Origin: Azolla caroliniana
Lineage: Eukaryota; Plantae; Polypodiophyta
NCBI GenBank assembly: GCA_043228905.1
Contig: JBHGNT010000001.1
Coordinates: 30,566,001-30,630,000, forward strand
Reading direction: 5' to 3'
DNA length: 64,000 bases
In this document: positions 63,801-64,000 of the stretch, one piece after another
How the letters are laid out: every line of letters starts with the position of its first letter
Position numbering within the stretch: the first letter of the stretch is position 1
Notes under the pieces: generated by a model
Databases searched by the model: none
Told to the model about the DNA's origin: nothing
Seen by the model: only the letters and a program-made list of their open reading frames with translations
Program-made: the position numbers and the translations under genes

Positions 63801-63963
63801 TATTGGGTGGACATCACTACTCAATGCTTGCAAAATGTATGGCAGTAAGAGTTTAGGAACGCAATGCTTTGTGCAAGCGGCAGTGCATGATCCATGCATG
63901 GGTTCTAGTTACGTGATTATGTATGATATAAATTCTCATGTGCATGCCATTAATGTATATTAG
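60838..63963 (+). CDS. PLS-class PPR protein with E1/partial E2 and no DYW domain (1041 aa, intronless)
   Basis: About 8-9 P-L-S triplets. Terminal SILAACSHIG, NCMINLLANAG, E1 IIGWTSLLNACKMYG, E2 start SYVIMYDINS, then stop. Confidence 0.95.
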   Translation: MNRLEVVDSFQVSDLCHALHQCIKYKDLARARIVHSIIIRDNLDKNDILGGLLVRLFSLCQSLIDVNFAFCKILKPNLLTWHAIICAYESLGECQQVVDLYGKLQEEDILPDKLIFVSIVKACGGICDKTQGFLVHDKIVKLGLDLDVAIGTTLVRMYCKWDYLSTGREVFSNLRNRNVVTWGAIIDGYAQHGHALAALDLFCEMHREGIEPNKVIFLSVLKACSSFGNLLQGQCLHCWILRSGLEIDVCVENALIYMYAKHGNVKEAEYLFLKSKKLDVVSYGTMILGYVQHGHNRYALRLFAKMQNEGTISNRYIFSCTLKACGNMKSLEQGRLLHGEITKYGFESCVAVGSALVDMYIKCECLSEAIETFETLPSRNDVSWSVMILGCAQHGRGLLCFDFFDRMVKDDVMATSVTILGILKACVTLGSLEHGRLIHAQVLESGFEQNIPIGSALVDMYAKCQSIEDARKSFNLLPEKNIVLWCAMMWGYVDQGQGPASLDLLEKMPEENLKPNDVTFLCALKACESCGSIVPVRLVHELIVKSGFELDTVIGSAAIDMYTIYGSLSDSRKVFDMLQTRDVVAWSAMITAYSQHGDSSSAIELFKQMQVQGLKLDKMMVSAVIKAYALLGDLVQGMLIHHESVHDGFDLDCIVRNTLVDMYAKCGSVRDAEQLFIGGLSTCDIVSWGVMIEAYAQCGDCLNAVQLFEKMQLHGIEPNASIFVSVLKACSSSIQQGMQIHERVIRCGFHTDKTVCNALIDMYIKCGNVEQAYKLFNNVKEPDVISWGTMIVGFAQHGLSFSALHLYENMVEQGIKASDIILPCILKACGMVGAAGQGMHIHDYVIRSQLEDDMAIGSALLGMYAKFGRLFEARKVLDNLPNRDVKSWNAMLSGYMEHDECILAKKCLEGMQQDGLQSQSVTHTSILAACSHIGNVKEGCEYFLAMSKEQFFTPSLEHVNCMINLLANAGYLYEAEQLLCTMPVSTSIIGWTSLLNACKMYGSKSLGTQCFVQAAVHDPCMGSSYVIMYDINSHVHAINVY

Positions 63964-64000
63964 GTGGCACCATTACAATACATATCACCTTGGTGCTGAA

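Overview
AT-rich, intron-containing, gene-dense nuclear DNA from a land plant. It is most likely a seed-free plant such as a fern, inferred from the long intronless PLS-class PPR genes with fern-type E motifs, a Tcn1-like chromovirus and an RTE-X/L2-like LINE. The first ~7.2 kb is a decayed retroelement nest: Ty3/gypsy chromovirus pol, an L1-type LINE ORF2, and an inverted copy of that LINE's RT. Then come a NAC transcription factor (+), a CFM9-like CRM-domain protein (-), a 2OG-Fe(II) dioxygenase (+) carrying an intronic hAT element with a perfect 8-bp TSD, a 111-aa orphan ORF, a secreted-type aminoacylase-1 (-), a RALF peptide (+), a class II PTEN-formin (-), a decayed LINE, a TMEM209/PNET1-like nucleoporin (+) and two divergent PLS-E PPR genes without DYW domains. 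Exon boundaries were placed by eye from GT-AG sites and remembered family motifs, so they are approximate. I found no rRNA, intact tRNA or CRISPR, and I cannot demonstrate a new biological system. The most unusual signals are (i) a degenerate tandem array built from the splice-acceptor/start-codon segment of the TMEM209-like gene, paralleled by a duplicated acceptor in the formin leader, (ii) a head-to-head pair of truncated PPR editing factors resembling the DYW:KP (U-to-C) lineage, and (iii) a LINE fused to an inverted copy of its own RT.
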